This document shows, piece by piece, positions 42,271-54,905 of a DNA stretch of 64,000 nucleotides. The DNA is from the human T2T-CHM13v2.0 reference genome, Homo sapiens, in assembly GCF_009914755.1 (NCBI RefSeq), contig NC_060934.1; one strand, given 5' to 3'. Below the pieces are notes generated by a model, which did not search any database, was not told where the DNA came from, and saw nothing but the letters and a program-made list of their open reading frames with translations. How positions within the stretch are numbered: the first letter of the stretch is position 1; the number at the start of each line of letters is the position of its first letter. Position numbers and translations under genes: made by a program.

Positions 42271-44240
42271 AAAAGTGTTTTTTCAGGCAGAAGAAAAATA
42301 TCTCAGAAAGAAACAGAGACATAGAGGAAGAAATAAACAGACACAGAAAAAAATAAATATATTGAAAAGCCCAAATGATTCCTTACTGTATGTAACAATA
42401 GTTAAAAAATTATTATTGAAGTTTTGTTGAAAATATATGTAAAATTACAATTATAAAAAATGGAATGGGTTAAATGAAGTTAAGGTGTTTTAAGATCCCG
42501 ATTTTGTCTTGGACATGGTAAAATATATATTTATATCTATAGGATAATCCCTTTAAGAATATAAAAATGTACAACCAACAAGCTAACAGAGAGAGGATAC
42601 TGAATAACAAAGCATTATTTTAACTACTAAGAAGGCAAAAAGGGGATAATTAAAATAGAACAAGAGGGAAAAATAGAAAAAAAGACTATAGATCTAAATC
42701 CAAATACATCAGCAATTATGTTGAATGTGAATGCACTAATTAAATATTTTAAACACCGTATTAAAACACACACACATACGGACACACACGCAGAGCCTCA
42801 AACTGCTTTCAAATGTCGCACCTTAAATATAAGAACACAGAAAAGTTGAAAGTAAGAAATGGAAAGGTATTAATTTTTTCAAAGTTTATCTGTGGATTCA
42901 ATGCAGTTTTGGCCAAAATCTCAAGAGTAATTTTCCAGAAAATAGCATGATGTTTTAAAATTTATGTGTAAATGCAAAGGACTGACTCACATAACCAGAT
43001 AATCAAGATTGATGACAAAGTTACATCAACTAAGACAGTAGGACGTTAGTGCAAAAACAGACAAATGGATCAACAGAATATGATAATGAAAACAGGCCTA
43101 CACACATAAGATCACTATATTCATGATAAATCTGATGCTGCAGTGTAATGAGAAAGGGACTTTTTTCTATAAATGATTCTGTAATAAACAAATGTGCATA
43201 TTAAAAACATGTTATAACCTCTTTCTGATATCATACTAAAAAATTGATTCCAGGCAGCTTGCAGATGTAAATGTAAAGGCAAAACAAACATCAACACAAA
43301 ACACCCAGAAGAAAACAAAAGAATATCTTTGTGGCCTGGTTTAGGCAGTTTTCAGAAACAGGACATATCTAACACCGAAGGAAAAAAAAAAAAGTTGAAA
43401 ATGAACTTACATTTAAATTAACAACTTCTGTTCATCAAAAGATACCACAAAGAAAGTGAAAAGGTAAACCATGCTATGGAAGAAAAGAGACAGCTCACAA
43501 AAGCAATATACAAATCGGCATATGTAAAATGCGCAATCTCATTAATCATCAGTAAATGCAAATTAAAATCACAATTAAGTGTACCACATTCCCACTAGAA
43601 TGGCTGAAAATTAAAATATATGATAGCACAGGTGTTAATGAGGATGTGGGACAACTGCAGCTCTCAAACACTGCAGGTCAACTGCATAAATCAGTACAAC
43701 TATTTCTGAAAACTGTTTAGCAGTATCTACATAAAATTGAACACATGCATACTTGTGACCCAGCAAACCAACAGAAAAGCATACATAAATTCACCCAACA
43801 TGTCCAAAAAATGTTTATTGGGATACTGCTTGTTATAACCCAAAACGAACACAAATCAAAAGTCTATTGACAGTAGAATGCATAAATTGTGGCATATTCA
43901 TACAAAGAAATCCTGTAAAACAATGAAATGAACTTCATGCAGAAACATAAAGTCCCTAAAGCCAGTGTTGAATTAAAAAAAAAAAATAGAAAAAAGTATA
44001 ATTGATTCTATCTCAACGTATATCTAAAATAGATGAAATTAATCAACGGTTCTAGAATTTATAGTACTGATTACCTTCAGAGTTCCAGAGTTGTCAACTG
44101 AGGAAGTATACAAGAGGAAATTCTATTCTCATTTTGGGTTAGGGCCTACACAAGAGCACTCACACTGTTAAAATTAACCAACCTCTATACTTATGATTTG
44201 TGCACCTTTCTAAGTAAATTTTATAATTTTCTGAACAAGT
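42271..44240 (+). mobile_element. Older L1ME-like element with internal deletions
   Basis: Discontinuous ORF2 and 3'UTR motifs ('aacttctgttcatcaaaaga', 'tgtggcatattcataca', 'atgatttgtgcac'). Confidence 0.7.
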
Positions 44241-44356
44241 ATATTATAAAACTGTGACCTTGTAATTGGGCCTTCCATGACCATTTTCCTGTACTGCTAA
44301 TGGTCATCATTACTGAGCACTTGCTGTATGTCAGCCACTGGCACTAGGTACTTTAG

Positions 44357-44705
<349 letters not shown>

Positions 44706-45639
44706 TCCCGGTTTTCTTAGTTCATTATTCAAAATAAAATTGCTGCTCACGTTGTTTAGATTTCATAGATATGGAAGCTGATGCTCAGAGAAGTTAAGGG
44801 ACTTACTCATGGTCATGTAACTAAAAACCTCCCTCCAAAATCACACCTTTCTGATTCCAACACTGACTCCTGTGTAATTCTGTGCCTTAGTATTCTTTAG
44901 GGATCCATTCAGAATAGTGGCCTCCCACAGCCAAATTAGAATTATGCAGGATACATTCACACTACCCCAACTGCAAAAAGGCTAACTAGTGTTTTCTCCC
45001 TGAATGCCACACCCTCCACACTGCCTGTCCTCACCTGCAAGCTTGCAGTCCTTGGTGGCTGAGACCAAGATCTGGGGAGGTGACCCTCTGTCTGATGTGT
45101 CTTGTGTCGCCATCTTCGGAACATGTGGGGCAATTCAGGGCAGAAAAAGCATGAGCTTTATTTAGGCTGACAGACAAGATGAATGACCTTGAGCAAACCA
45201 CTCAACTACCCTAAGTCTCATTTTCTGCATTTATCAAAAAGAGATTTCTTTAATTTTCCAGGGGGAGAAGGAATTAATTCTCCTGGGACATGCTAGGCAT
45301 ATGATCCATGTGAATTCCTTTTCTTTCCCCTCTCGACTCCCCTAGAGGAAATATATTTTATTTCTTCCCTGCCCCACACCCATTTTCCATCTTTCTCTAC
45401 TCTGCCTCAGTGGACTCCCTTGCCATCTGCTCTAGGGATTGGCAGGAGATTCGCTGGCAGGAGACCAGTGAAGTCAGAGTATGCACTCCCGCAGCTGGCT
45501 GCTTGTAGAGTCACCATTGAATGGCTTATCTCTGGAGCTGGGCTCAGCTCCTGTCAGGCAGTCCTGACCGTAGTTAGAACATGTGCTCCCTCCTTCCACC
45601 TTGTTGGGCCATCCGTGGGTAAGGGTGTGCTCACTTTTT

Positions 45640-45695
45640 AACAGAAGTGAGGGCTGCTGTTACTGCCAGCTCCCAGTGGGAGAGTGAGACCCAAT
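45640..45695 (+). repeat. 56-bp direct repeat, partner at 46471-46526
   Basis: aacagaagtgagggctgctgttac(t/a)gccagct(c/t)ccagtgggagagtgagacccaat; 54/56 identical. Confidence 0.95.
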
Positions 45696-45712
45696 ACACT
45701 CAGGCTTCTCCA

Positions 45713-45792
45713 CTATGGAAGAAAAGAGACAGCTCACAAAAGCAATATGCACATAAGCATGTGTAAAAGGCTCAATCTCATTAATCATCAGT
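45713..45792 (+). repeat. 80-bp direct repeat, partner at 43474-43553 (inside an L1ME)
   Basis: ctatggaagaaaagagacagctcacaaaagcaatat...caatctcattaatcatcagt; 73/80 identical, no gaps. Confidence 0.95.
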
Positions 45793-47330
45793 TCTCCTTG
45801 TGACTTTGCTTTGCCTGTGCACATCTTTCCAAATAGTCTCTCTCCCCAAATTTCTCAGTTTCCCTGTGCCATCTCTTTCTTACCATGCAGGATCCTTACT
45901 GACATAGCAGCTCACTGGGTCATTTTCTCTAGAATACAACAAGCACCTTCTATGTGAGATTACTTAGCCTAGCCAGATGACAAGTTGCCAACAAAAGAAG
46001 ATTCAACTACCTTTGGGCTTCGGGCCTAAGGTAGAGGCAGAAGCTAAAAAAAAGCAGACATGATGGAATAGATGTAAAATAATCCCAGCACATACACAGC
46101 TCATTGCTTCAGGTGTGTGCATTTATTTCCCCCATAAAACACAAGGGGTTGGATGCTACCTGAAAAGCACAGGGCCATCACCCCAGGAACCTCTGAAGGT
46201 CTTTGTTTTTTGAACTATATGGCCATAAACCTTACCTCTCAAACTATATTCTGGAGGATGCATAGATATCTCCACCAGCTTTGGAGAGCTAGTTTCGCTG
46301 AAGTTTGCTTCTTTTCGGCTGCACTTCATCATGAGCATGTCTGAAAGTCAGGAGCTGAGAGGGCACTGACTGAGCCTCTCACAATCAAATCACTCCTCTC
46401 TAGGTAAGCCAGGCTGCTTTTCATTTGCTTTCTGATAACAATCAGAGTGATTACCTGAGAGGGTCTCGGGAACAGAAGTGAGGGCTGCTGTTACAGCCAG
46501 CTTCCAGTGGGAGAGTGAGACCCAATGCAAGCATTCCAGTTCTAGGGACGAAAATGGAAATGCTTCCTTCCTCTGTCTCAGCTGACAAGCTGGAAGGAAG
46601 TGGTCTGTACGTGAATGTTACAAATGAGATGGGTGACTAAGCTAAAAGCCTGAGCAGTTCACACCAAGAGGCAGGATGCTGTAGGTGTGCAAATCACAAG
46701 AGCTGCTATTTATAAGAGTGTGTTTGTGCAGGTACCTTACCCACATTATCACTGATCTTCAAAACAGCTCAGGACTCAGAATCCATTCTACAGGTGAGGG
46801 GGAGAAAGAAGGCTCAGAGACATTGGTAATAGGATCAAGGATACCCATCTAGTGAGTGGCAAAGAACAGATTTTTAAGCCAGATCTGTCTTTTCCTACTC
46901 TGATCTACTGAATCAGCACTAGGCCATGCTGTTTTGCAGGAAAAAAAGTAATTTGCCACAAAGCAAAAGGAAGCATGGCTTTGCTTGTCAAGAGCCAGCT
47001 CTGGTCTTTGGGAACTGTATAGGTTCTGCAAGAGGCTCAGCTGGCAGAAGAGGGGAGCTTATGAACTGGGAAAACATCATTTCAGCAATCATGAATCACA
47101 CATATAGCTCTGTGAATTCATTCTTATCACTTCAGATCCAAAATCATACAACTGTAAAGTCCAGAGCCAAAATGCAAAAGCAGGTCTCACTTATTTTATT
47201 GCCATAGCATTTGTCTAGCATTTGTCTCCATCTAAGGTGCACGAATCCCTTCTCCCTGCACCCCTTGCCCAGGGAGCTAGGCCTAGGAGAACAGAGGAAA
47301 TGTGGATATATCCCAGGCAGGGCACTGACC

Positions 47331-47817
47331 CTTCCCATCCAAGAAAGCCACAGGGAGGTAAGGGGTTGAAAGCAGGAGGCAAGGTGAAAGGAACCCTCTC
47401 TACTTAATGCCAGGGAAACAAGCATGAGAGCTTCAGGGGAAGACAGACCAGCCAAAATCCTCTGAAGGAAGATGTGAGCGAGGGAGGTCTCTGAGCAGGT
47501 CGACTTCACCACTGAAGTGCAAGCGAGAGGATGCTGGAGGGTGGTGGATTGTCAAGTGGCAGGGCACAGGCGCCAAGCTGGAATAGTAAACACAGTGGTG
47601 GGGAGTGGATCAGGTAATACTGGAGCATTTAGAACCAAGATCAGCCCAGGGACTGAGTGTGGAGACAGCCAATTCCCTGCCAGTCTATTATTTCTGAAGG
47701 AAGAGCTTGAATAAGTTTATTTCACCCATTTTTTTTTTGCTTGCCTCAAATTAAGGATGGGTAAAGCAGTTCTAAGGACTGCAAAGCTGTGTTGTGGGAA
47801 GCAACTCCCAATTGCAG
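47331..47817 (+). repeat. ~480-bp direct duplication, copy A (partner 57930-58403)
   Basis: Colinear alignment from aagaaagccacagggaggta to aagcagttctaaggactgcaaagctg...tgcag. About 80-85% identity by hand, one ~14-bp indel. Confidence 0.95.
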
Positions 47818-48914
47818 CTTTTTTTTATGATTACTAACTATGGAATTTTCACCAAATAGAAGATATAGGTATTATTGTCACTAATATAAGAATGAAACAG
47901 AGAGACTCAAAGAAGTAAAAAGGAATGTGCTCAAGATGTCACCTCCAATAATGGCCAGACATAGGAATCCAGTCCAGACCTGGCCAGTTTTAGTGTTCTT
48001 TCCTTTGACTTATCTTGAGCACTTTCCTGGGTGCCAGGATCAGGTCACCAGCCCTACCCTGTTGCCCATGTATCTCATGGTGCCCACGGTGCCCTGCCAG
48101 TGGGATTTTCCCACCTCCTCTTAGTCAAAGCCACAACGCCCCCATCTGCAATGCATTTTCTACACTCCCTCCTCGGCTACTGTTCTGCTTTTCACCTCAG
48201 ATGAGCATCAAAATAAGATTGCACCTAAACACTCACCTTGGAAGAGTGAGATGCAGAGGCTTGCCTGACTCACAACTCTTAACGGAAGTGGCTTAGAGCT
48301 TTTATACGAGAATTTTAGGAATATGTGGAAGATATGAACCAGGTTCCTGGAAAAAAGGCACATACACACATGCATACACACATGCACAAGCAATTTGGCA
48401 GATAATTTTTGGAGGTTTTCAGGCACCTCTGAGGTCTATCAAGGGACTTTGGTGAAGGAATTCCTGCCCGGGGGAGAATCCTAAAACTCTTTAGAGCACT
48501 AGTTAGTCTCAGAGTTTCCCTTAGCTTGATGCACACTTTACCTTCGGCAGAAGGAGGATATGCCTCTTGGGGAGTCTAGGGGAGGAAGGAGATATCCATA
48601 AAGGAACAGCCCAGCTTCTGAGTAAGCCTGACAGACTGATGCCCTGCCTGGCTTAGGCAACTTCAGGGGAGCAGATATCCAGCCCAACTCTGTGGTTACA
48701 AATGACCCTGTTAGCCCAGCCTACCTACAGCCACTGCAGGGGTGCACAAGCAGATACTCACCGACTGCCCTGAAGCCACTGGAGAGAAGGCAGCAGATGT
48801 GGAGGCTGAGGTACCTGATAGGCTGGTGACAGGGAAGGTCAGCACAGGTGCAGCAGCTGAGGCACAGTGGGTATGCTCTCTGGGAGGGAGAGCCAGCTGT
48901 ACTGGCAGGAGTAC

Positions 48915-49130
48915 TCACTAAGGACTCAGATAGACAAGAAAGTGAATCCCAGCACTGTCTCTCACCAGCTTTGGAACCATGTCTTTTTGAGTTTCAGTTT
49001 TCCTATCTATAAATCTATTTATAATATTTTTTTACCTTGCATGGCTGATCTGAGAATAAGAGAGTGTTTGTATGTGAGGGGTATAGCACAGTCTCTCAAA
49101 CAGCACACCTGATCAAGAAACGGTCACTGA
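48915..49130 (+). mobile_element. MIR SINE
   Basis: 'gtgaatcccagcactg...tgagtttcagttttcctatctataaa...tagcacagt'. Confidence 0.7.
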
Positions 49131-50151
49131 TACGGATGATAATGGGTTTTCTTATTAGGAAGCAGGATGTTTTGGAGAATGCTTGGGGCTTCTTTGCATA
49201 TTTCAGGGATTCTGGTTGCAAGTCAGGATTTTAGAGCAAGGGACTGATGACACAGGAGGGTTTGGTGAGCACACCAGGCAGCTTTGCAGACAGCAGGCCG
49301 CATTGCAGGAGGTGCTCCTCCCTCCTCGGCAGCTGATTGCAGAGCACCGCTTGGCTGATTGTTGTATTGAGACTGTGCACTGGGCAGGGAAGCCCTGAAA
49401 CAGCCTCTTTTCTCCCCTGGGTTCTGTTTCTGATGAGCCTATCTCCATTTGCTTATGTCACCCAAGCGCATTGCCATGTGCTTTAAAACTCTACATGCAT
49501 GTGCCTGATATGGTGACTGTGTTTGCATGGACTTCGGTGTTTGTGCATGAACATGTACATATGTGTATATGTGTCTGTGTATACTTATTTTAGATGTACA
49601 AGTCTCCATATGTTGGTGAATATTTTGTTTTCCTCTGAGTTTGGACACCCCTGAGCCCCTGGCAACTGTCTACTTGAATCTGCCAGCAACTGAGCTCTCC
49701 TTGGGTCACATTTGGTTGCTCACCCTAAGTAATCCAGATCTATCTAGTGCCCTATCTTGCAGATCCCAGCCATTGGCCATTGTAAACTTCTGTGCCCATC
49801 TTTTTTGTTTTTTGTTTTTCCTGCAGACAGAATTTCTATTATCTTTTGAGCTCAGTGCTCAATGTCAAGTTCAGAGGTGAGACAATAAAGACAATAAATG
49901 CTGGCAGGGGAGGGATGATCAGACATTACAGACAATTGTCCCTTCCTCTTTTGTAGGAGGTGACTATTAGCTCACCTGATTTATCTGGAATAGGTTCACT
50001 TCTCTCATAAGTAATCTCCTCTGACTAAATACCACCACTGAGAGACAAAAAAAAAAAAAAAAAAGACAATGATTAAAGTTATTGGCATAGAAGAGGGTTA
50101 TTTATGTGCAGTTTCTTGGTACGAAGGGTGAGGATAATAAGAATAAACAGT

Positions 50152-50157
50152 TTTATT
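50152..50157 (-). terminator. Candidate far-distal GRID1 poly(A) signal AATAAA
   Basis: TTTATT on the plus strand; two upstream UGUA (50192-50195, 50203-50206) and U-rich flanks on the minus strand. Confidence 0.45.
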
Positions 50158-51693
50158 AAAAACAACTAATGGCATAAAAGAATATTTTAGATACAAAAAT
50201 GTTACATTAGGAACAGAAATGCTGCCTCTTTTATTGTGTCCACAGCAAGGAAAGGTCAGTTAAAATTGTCTGGAGCTTTTATCTCATTTACTTTTGCCAA
50301 GGCTAGGAGTACAAAACAAGGCTCTAGTTAAGACACAGATGCTAATTCATGAGCAGATACTTTTGGGAGTGAAAGTTTCCTGAAAACGAAGCTGGAGGCA
50401 CTCAATTAAGTGACCCCTTCACCTTGGGAGCAGAAGGTCACATAGAGACCTGAGTTATCCGTTAGACCTTGCCCATCTCTGTTATTTAATAATATTTAAA
50501 ATATGTTTAATATTTCAATTTTTTATATTTCTATCATCTATTATTAAATGGAATGACTTTTAAATGAAAACGCACAGGCCATAGACTGCGTCCCTCCATG
50601 TCCTCGTGGCCTTTAGGACCACTGGTCTTTTCTTCTTTAATGTGTCTGCTTCTCCTTTAGTACTTGAAAAGACAAACATTAGGTATGGAATTAGTTTTAC
50701 CTTGGCACTATTCGGGGGATTTCTGATTTAGGAACTAGGCAGCTTCTTCTTAAGAAAACAGCCCTTTGTGGTTCCCTGCAGCTGCTCCTGTCCACCCATC
50801 TGCTCACAGAATCCAGCGGTGTCTGTTGCCCGCCCCTCAGCCCCAGTCTGAGGAGTGGCCCCAACGTGGAGAAGCCTGTCCTTGGTGCAGGGCAGAAGAA
50901 CTAGGGCTGGGCATCCTCCTTTTGGTTTCTAGAAGAAGAAATTTTGATCATGTCAGACAGCCTCCTCAGATCAGCTTTACTGAGCTTGAGGCCGACAGCG
51001 GGGCTGTCCCCCACAAAGTCACTGAAGCCAGGGGACTTCTTCAGAGGTCGGCTGAAAAGCACACACATCTGGGGGTGGAAGATCAGGTTGATGGCTTGAG
51101 GCCTGTAGGATGACTGAGGGCATAAGATGTTCATTGGAGAAAGGTCTCCACAGATCCTGTAAGGGCCAAATTTTGAGAAGCCAAGCTGGGGGTCCAGCCA
51201 AGCTGTGCTCCACCAGGAATGACAGTCCCTTAGCTCTGAGACCTAAGCACAGGGAAGCAACTTATCTGAGGTCAGGGTGAGTGCAGAGATGAGAGTGGCA
51301 GCACAGTCAGCTGACAATTAAAGGGGTGTTCATTCCTCCAGGCCATGGGAGCACTTCTCTACGCATGATGATGACCCAGTTCTCTCCTAAGACACTTCCA
51401 AGAACGTAATATTTTAAAGAACACTGTTAGGTTAACCAAAAATTAGACTTGCTCCTCAGCCTGTCCCTCACACTGTCCCCTGGTTGGTTTCAGGGAACTC
51501 TGGATATGCACTGGGTGAGGAGGGCCTGCCCCCACCTCCAGGCATATCTGAGACCCCCTTGAGGAGAGGAGTTTTCCTCATGACTGTCCCTGCTGATAGC
51601 ACAGAATTTACTTCATGATCTCAGCATGCCCAGAAACAAGCAGACAGTATTTCTTCACCCCAGAGAATAAGAGCATAGGGAGCAAAGACAAGA

Positions 51694-51699
51694 TTTATT
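51694..51699 (-). terminator. GRID1 main (distal) poly(A) signal AATAAA
   Basis: TTTATT ~2.7 kb past the stop codon; U-rich downstream sequence on the minus strand (aataaatcttgtctttgctccctatgctcttattctc). Confidence 0.7.
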
Positions 51700-51929
51700 A
51701 TTAAACAACTTTAATCCAAATGCTGATTATTATTTGCAGTGTCTGAAGGCACAAAATATACCTAAAATGTATGGAATAGTCTAAACAGAGTTATAAATCC
51801 AAAGAGCAAAGCATGAAAAAAAGATACATTCTGAGCTGACACAGAAATCTGAGTTGGGAAGTTTTTTTTTTTCCTAGAGAACTTGCTTGAATATCAATCA
51901 TTTCCCCTCATGCCAAGGGTAGAAAATTC

Positions 51930-51930
51930 T

Positions 51931-51976
<46 letters not shown>
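51930..51976. repeat. A-run plus (TA)n microsatellite in the 3'UTR
   Basis: Directly visible. Confidence 0.95.
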
Positions 51977-51979
<3 letters not shown>

Positions 51980-52049
51980 ATGGTGAAGAATAACACCATG
52001 AGGTGTTAAGGATTTTGTATAAGCAGAATACTTCTCTTGAAGATGCTGG

Positions 52050-52112
<63 letters not shown>
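52050..52112. repeat. (CT)n(CA)n microsatellite in the 3'UTR; reads (UG)n(AG)n in the mRNA
   Basis: Directly visible. Confidence 0.95.
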
Positions 52113-54168
52113 GGCGCACAAACACATCCTCCATCTCCCTCTCTTTCCTCCTTGACACTCATTCTAAGCAGAACCATCCAAGAAGACATCCAAGCTATAC
52201 CCCAGAAGACAGGCCATCTCAGGGGGCGATGAGGAAACAGAGTTGGTGTGAGATAAGGCAGTGAGACCAGAGTTTGATTAAAAAAATAGAGAGATATATA
52301 TGTGAAAAATTGACCATTCAGGGCAGGGCCCCCAACGTGCTGATGGAAAACAAAGCCTGCTCTTCCTCGGGGTCATGGTAGCCCACCTAGGCTTCTCTGA
52401 GCATGCCTGGCTCCAAGGTCCACATGCTCTGATTGGAGAAATGTCAATGGATTGCCTAGGTAGCACGAATATCAGACCATTCTCAGCATCCAGCAATAAA
52501 TAACATAATTATAAACACTCTCTTCCCCACAGTGCTTTTAGCTGACTGTGTGATTTGGCCGTTCTTTACTGCTCAATCATGTCACTAGGGACTTTAGGAA
52601 AGAAATCAATCCTGGGCTAGTTATCACCCTCATAAATACATCTCTCTAGAAACTCTACAAGGCTATAGAAGAAGCAATCAATAGGACTTTGTATTTCTCC
52701 ATGATCACAGAACCAGGCTCTCAGCTCCCTGATTACTGCTGGCTGTGGGAGCTCCACCTCCTTCAGTGACAGATGTGGGCTGTGTATTCCATTCTGACGG
52801 GTCTGGAGATCAGACTAACCTTTGTCTTTAGGAGAGGAACTGAAGTGACACAACTCAGATTCCCCCAGTTCCACTCCTAATGGTTCTTTCCCTGATTCTG
52901 TAGTTTAGTTGCCTCAGAAAGGGCAACTGAAGGAGGGGGCGCTGTTAGGTGGTCCTAGGCTTAGAAAACTGGGCTTCCCTGCAGCTGTACCTGCACAGGG
53001 ATAGGCCTGGAAATCTCAGAGGTTATCAGATGCCTGAGTGGGGAGGGCCCCTGCTCTGGGTTGGATTGCTGCTTGAAGAGGACTCCAGGTCTGGTCTGGA
53101 GAGGGTCGTAAAGCTGGAAGGGAGGGTTTGTGCTGGAGCCAGCCCTGTTTGTTGGACTGCCTGCAGGATTTATGACCCAGAGATAGGCCTTTACTTTTGG
53201 GGCTACAAGCAACTTCCCTGGTGGATGGGAGTTACACTTATGCTTCTCACCTAAGGCGCAAGGCAAGGCTTCCTCCTACCCAAATAAACATGGTCTCTTT
53301 TCTCTATTTCTCAGCATGCCCCATCACCTGGAGTACTGGTCCACCCACCTGGGCACCTCCCCCAACTCTTACTAACAGAGTCCGTTTGCCTGACACCACA
53401 AAGCTTCTACTCCCTGCATCTATGGCCTCACTTCCTTCTCTCACCTGGGACCATGGGTCCAAACCCAAGGGAATATTCTTCCTCTACCTGGCCTTTTGTT
53501 CCACCACCTCACCTGGTCCATGCAACTAACCCCACCTCGCAACTCCCTGCCCCCATGGACCTTCTTCCAGACCAACCCCACCTCCGCCCAGTCTCCCTGA
53601 GGAAACGATGGAGTCTGCCCTCCTTCCCCCAATATTCTATCACTTTTTGATTCTTCTAATTTTGAAAAGAAAATGAAAAACAAGGCCAACAGTATGATAT
53701 GAGAACAGCTCAGTATCAAAGCCCTCAATTACCTCACTATGGGTAATTGTCAGCTTCTCTCGGGCCCATGGGGCAGAGGCACACTGCAACACACACAGCG
53801 GTGACTAACTCGTCCCGCAAGATCCAAGACAGGACAGGATAGCCCTGAGTCCAGGGCACCTCCTCAGCCCCAGGCTACCCAGAACAGCCGATCACCCTAC
53901 AGCACAGCAACCCAGTGGGCCAGCCCAATGCGGGCTCCAAACTCACTCTTTATCAAGCTGAGGGACTAAAAGGGACGAGGTGCCAGGAGCAAAGAAATGG
54001 GGCAGCAAGCTGTGGGACAAGGCAGCGAGTGGCATGTGGGGTTCCTCGTCTTCCCTTCTCCCCCAGCAGAGAGGGGCTCCTTATCTGGTCGCCCCTCCTG
54101 CCCTCAGAAAGGCCCAGGAATGGGGGGGCTCCTTTGGCACTTCAGAATGATCACAAGTAATTTGCCTT

Positions 54169-54174
54169 TTTATT
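54169..54174 (-). terminator. Candidate proximal GRID1 poly(A) signal AATAAA
   Basis: ~260 nt after the stop; upstream UGUA at 54191-54194 and 54205-54208. Confidence 0.55.
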
Positions 54175-54283
54175 CATATAGAACAAAATTTACAAAGTCA
54201 TTCATACAGTTTTTGTGTTTTTTTACTGACTTCGAAAATTGGGAATATTCAAAATACACTTTTACCCCACTCCATTCTGTCAT

Positions 54284-54301
54284 TATTTACACATATGTAC
54301 A
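54284..54301 (-). promoter_or_regulatory. Two tandem Pumilio response elements (UGUACAUA, UGUAAAUA)
   Basis: Minus strand reads cttgtacatatgtgtaaataatg; both octamers match UGUAHAUA. Confidence 0.6.
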
Positions 54302-54431
54302 AGAAAAATGAAAGAGTCTCTGTGTATGTGTGTGTGTGCGAGTGTGTGTGGTTTGTGTTGTTGTTTTCTTGTATTAAAAAGCTCTGCTGGTCGGGTGGGT
54401 GGGAGGGTGGGCAGGAGGGCAGGCGGCGCAG

Positions 54432-54905
<474 letters not shown>

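Larger units (their letters stand above)
51677..54431 (-). other. GRID1: GRID1 3'UTR (to the main poly(A) site; 3' end approximate)
   Basis: Sequence without recognisable TEs between the stop codon and the AATAAA at 51694-51699. Confidence 0.7.
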
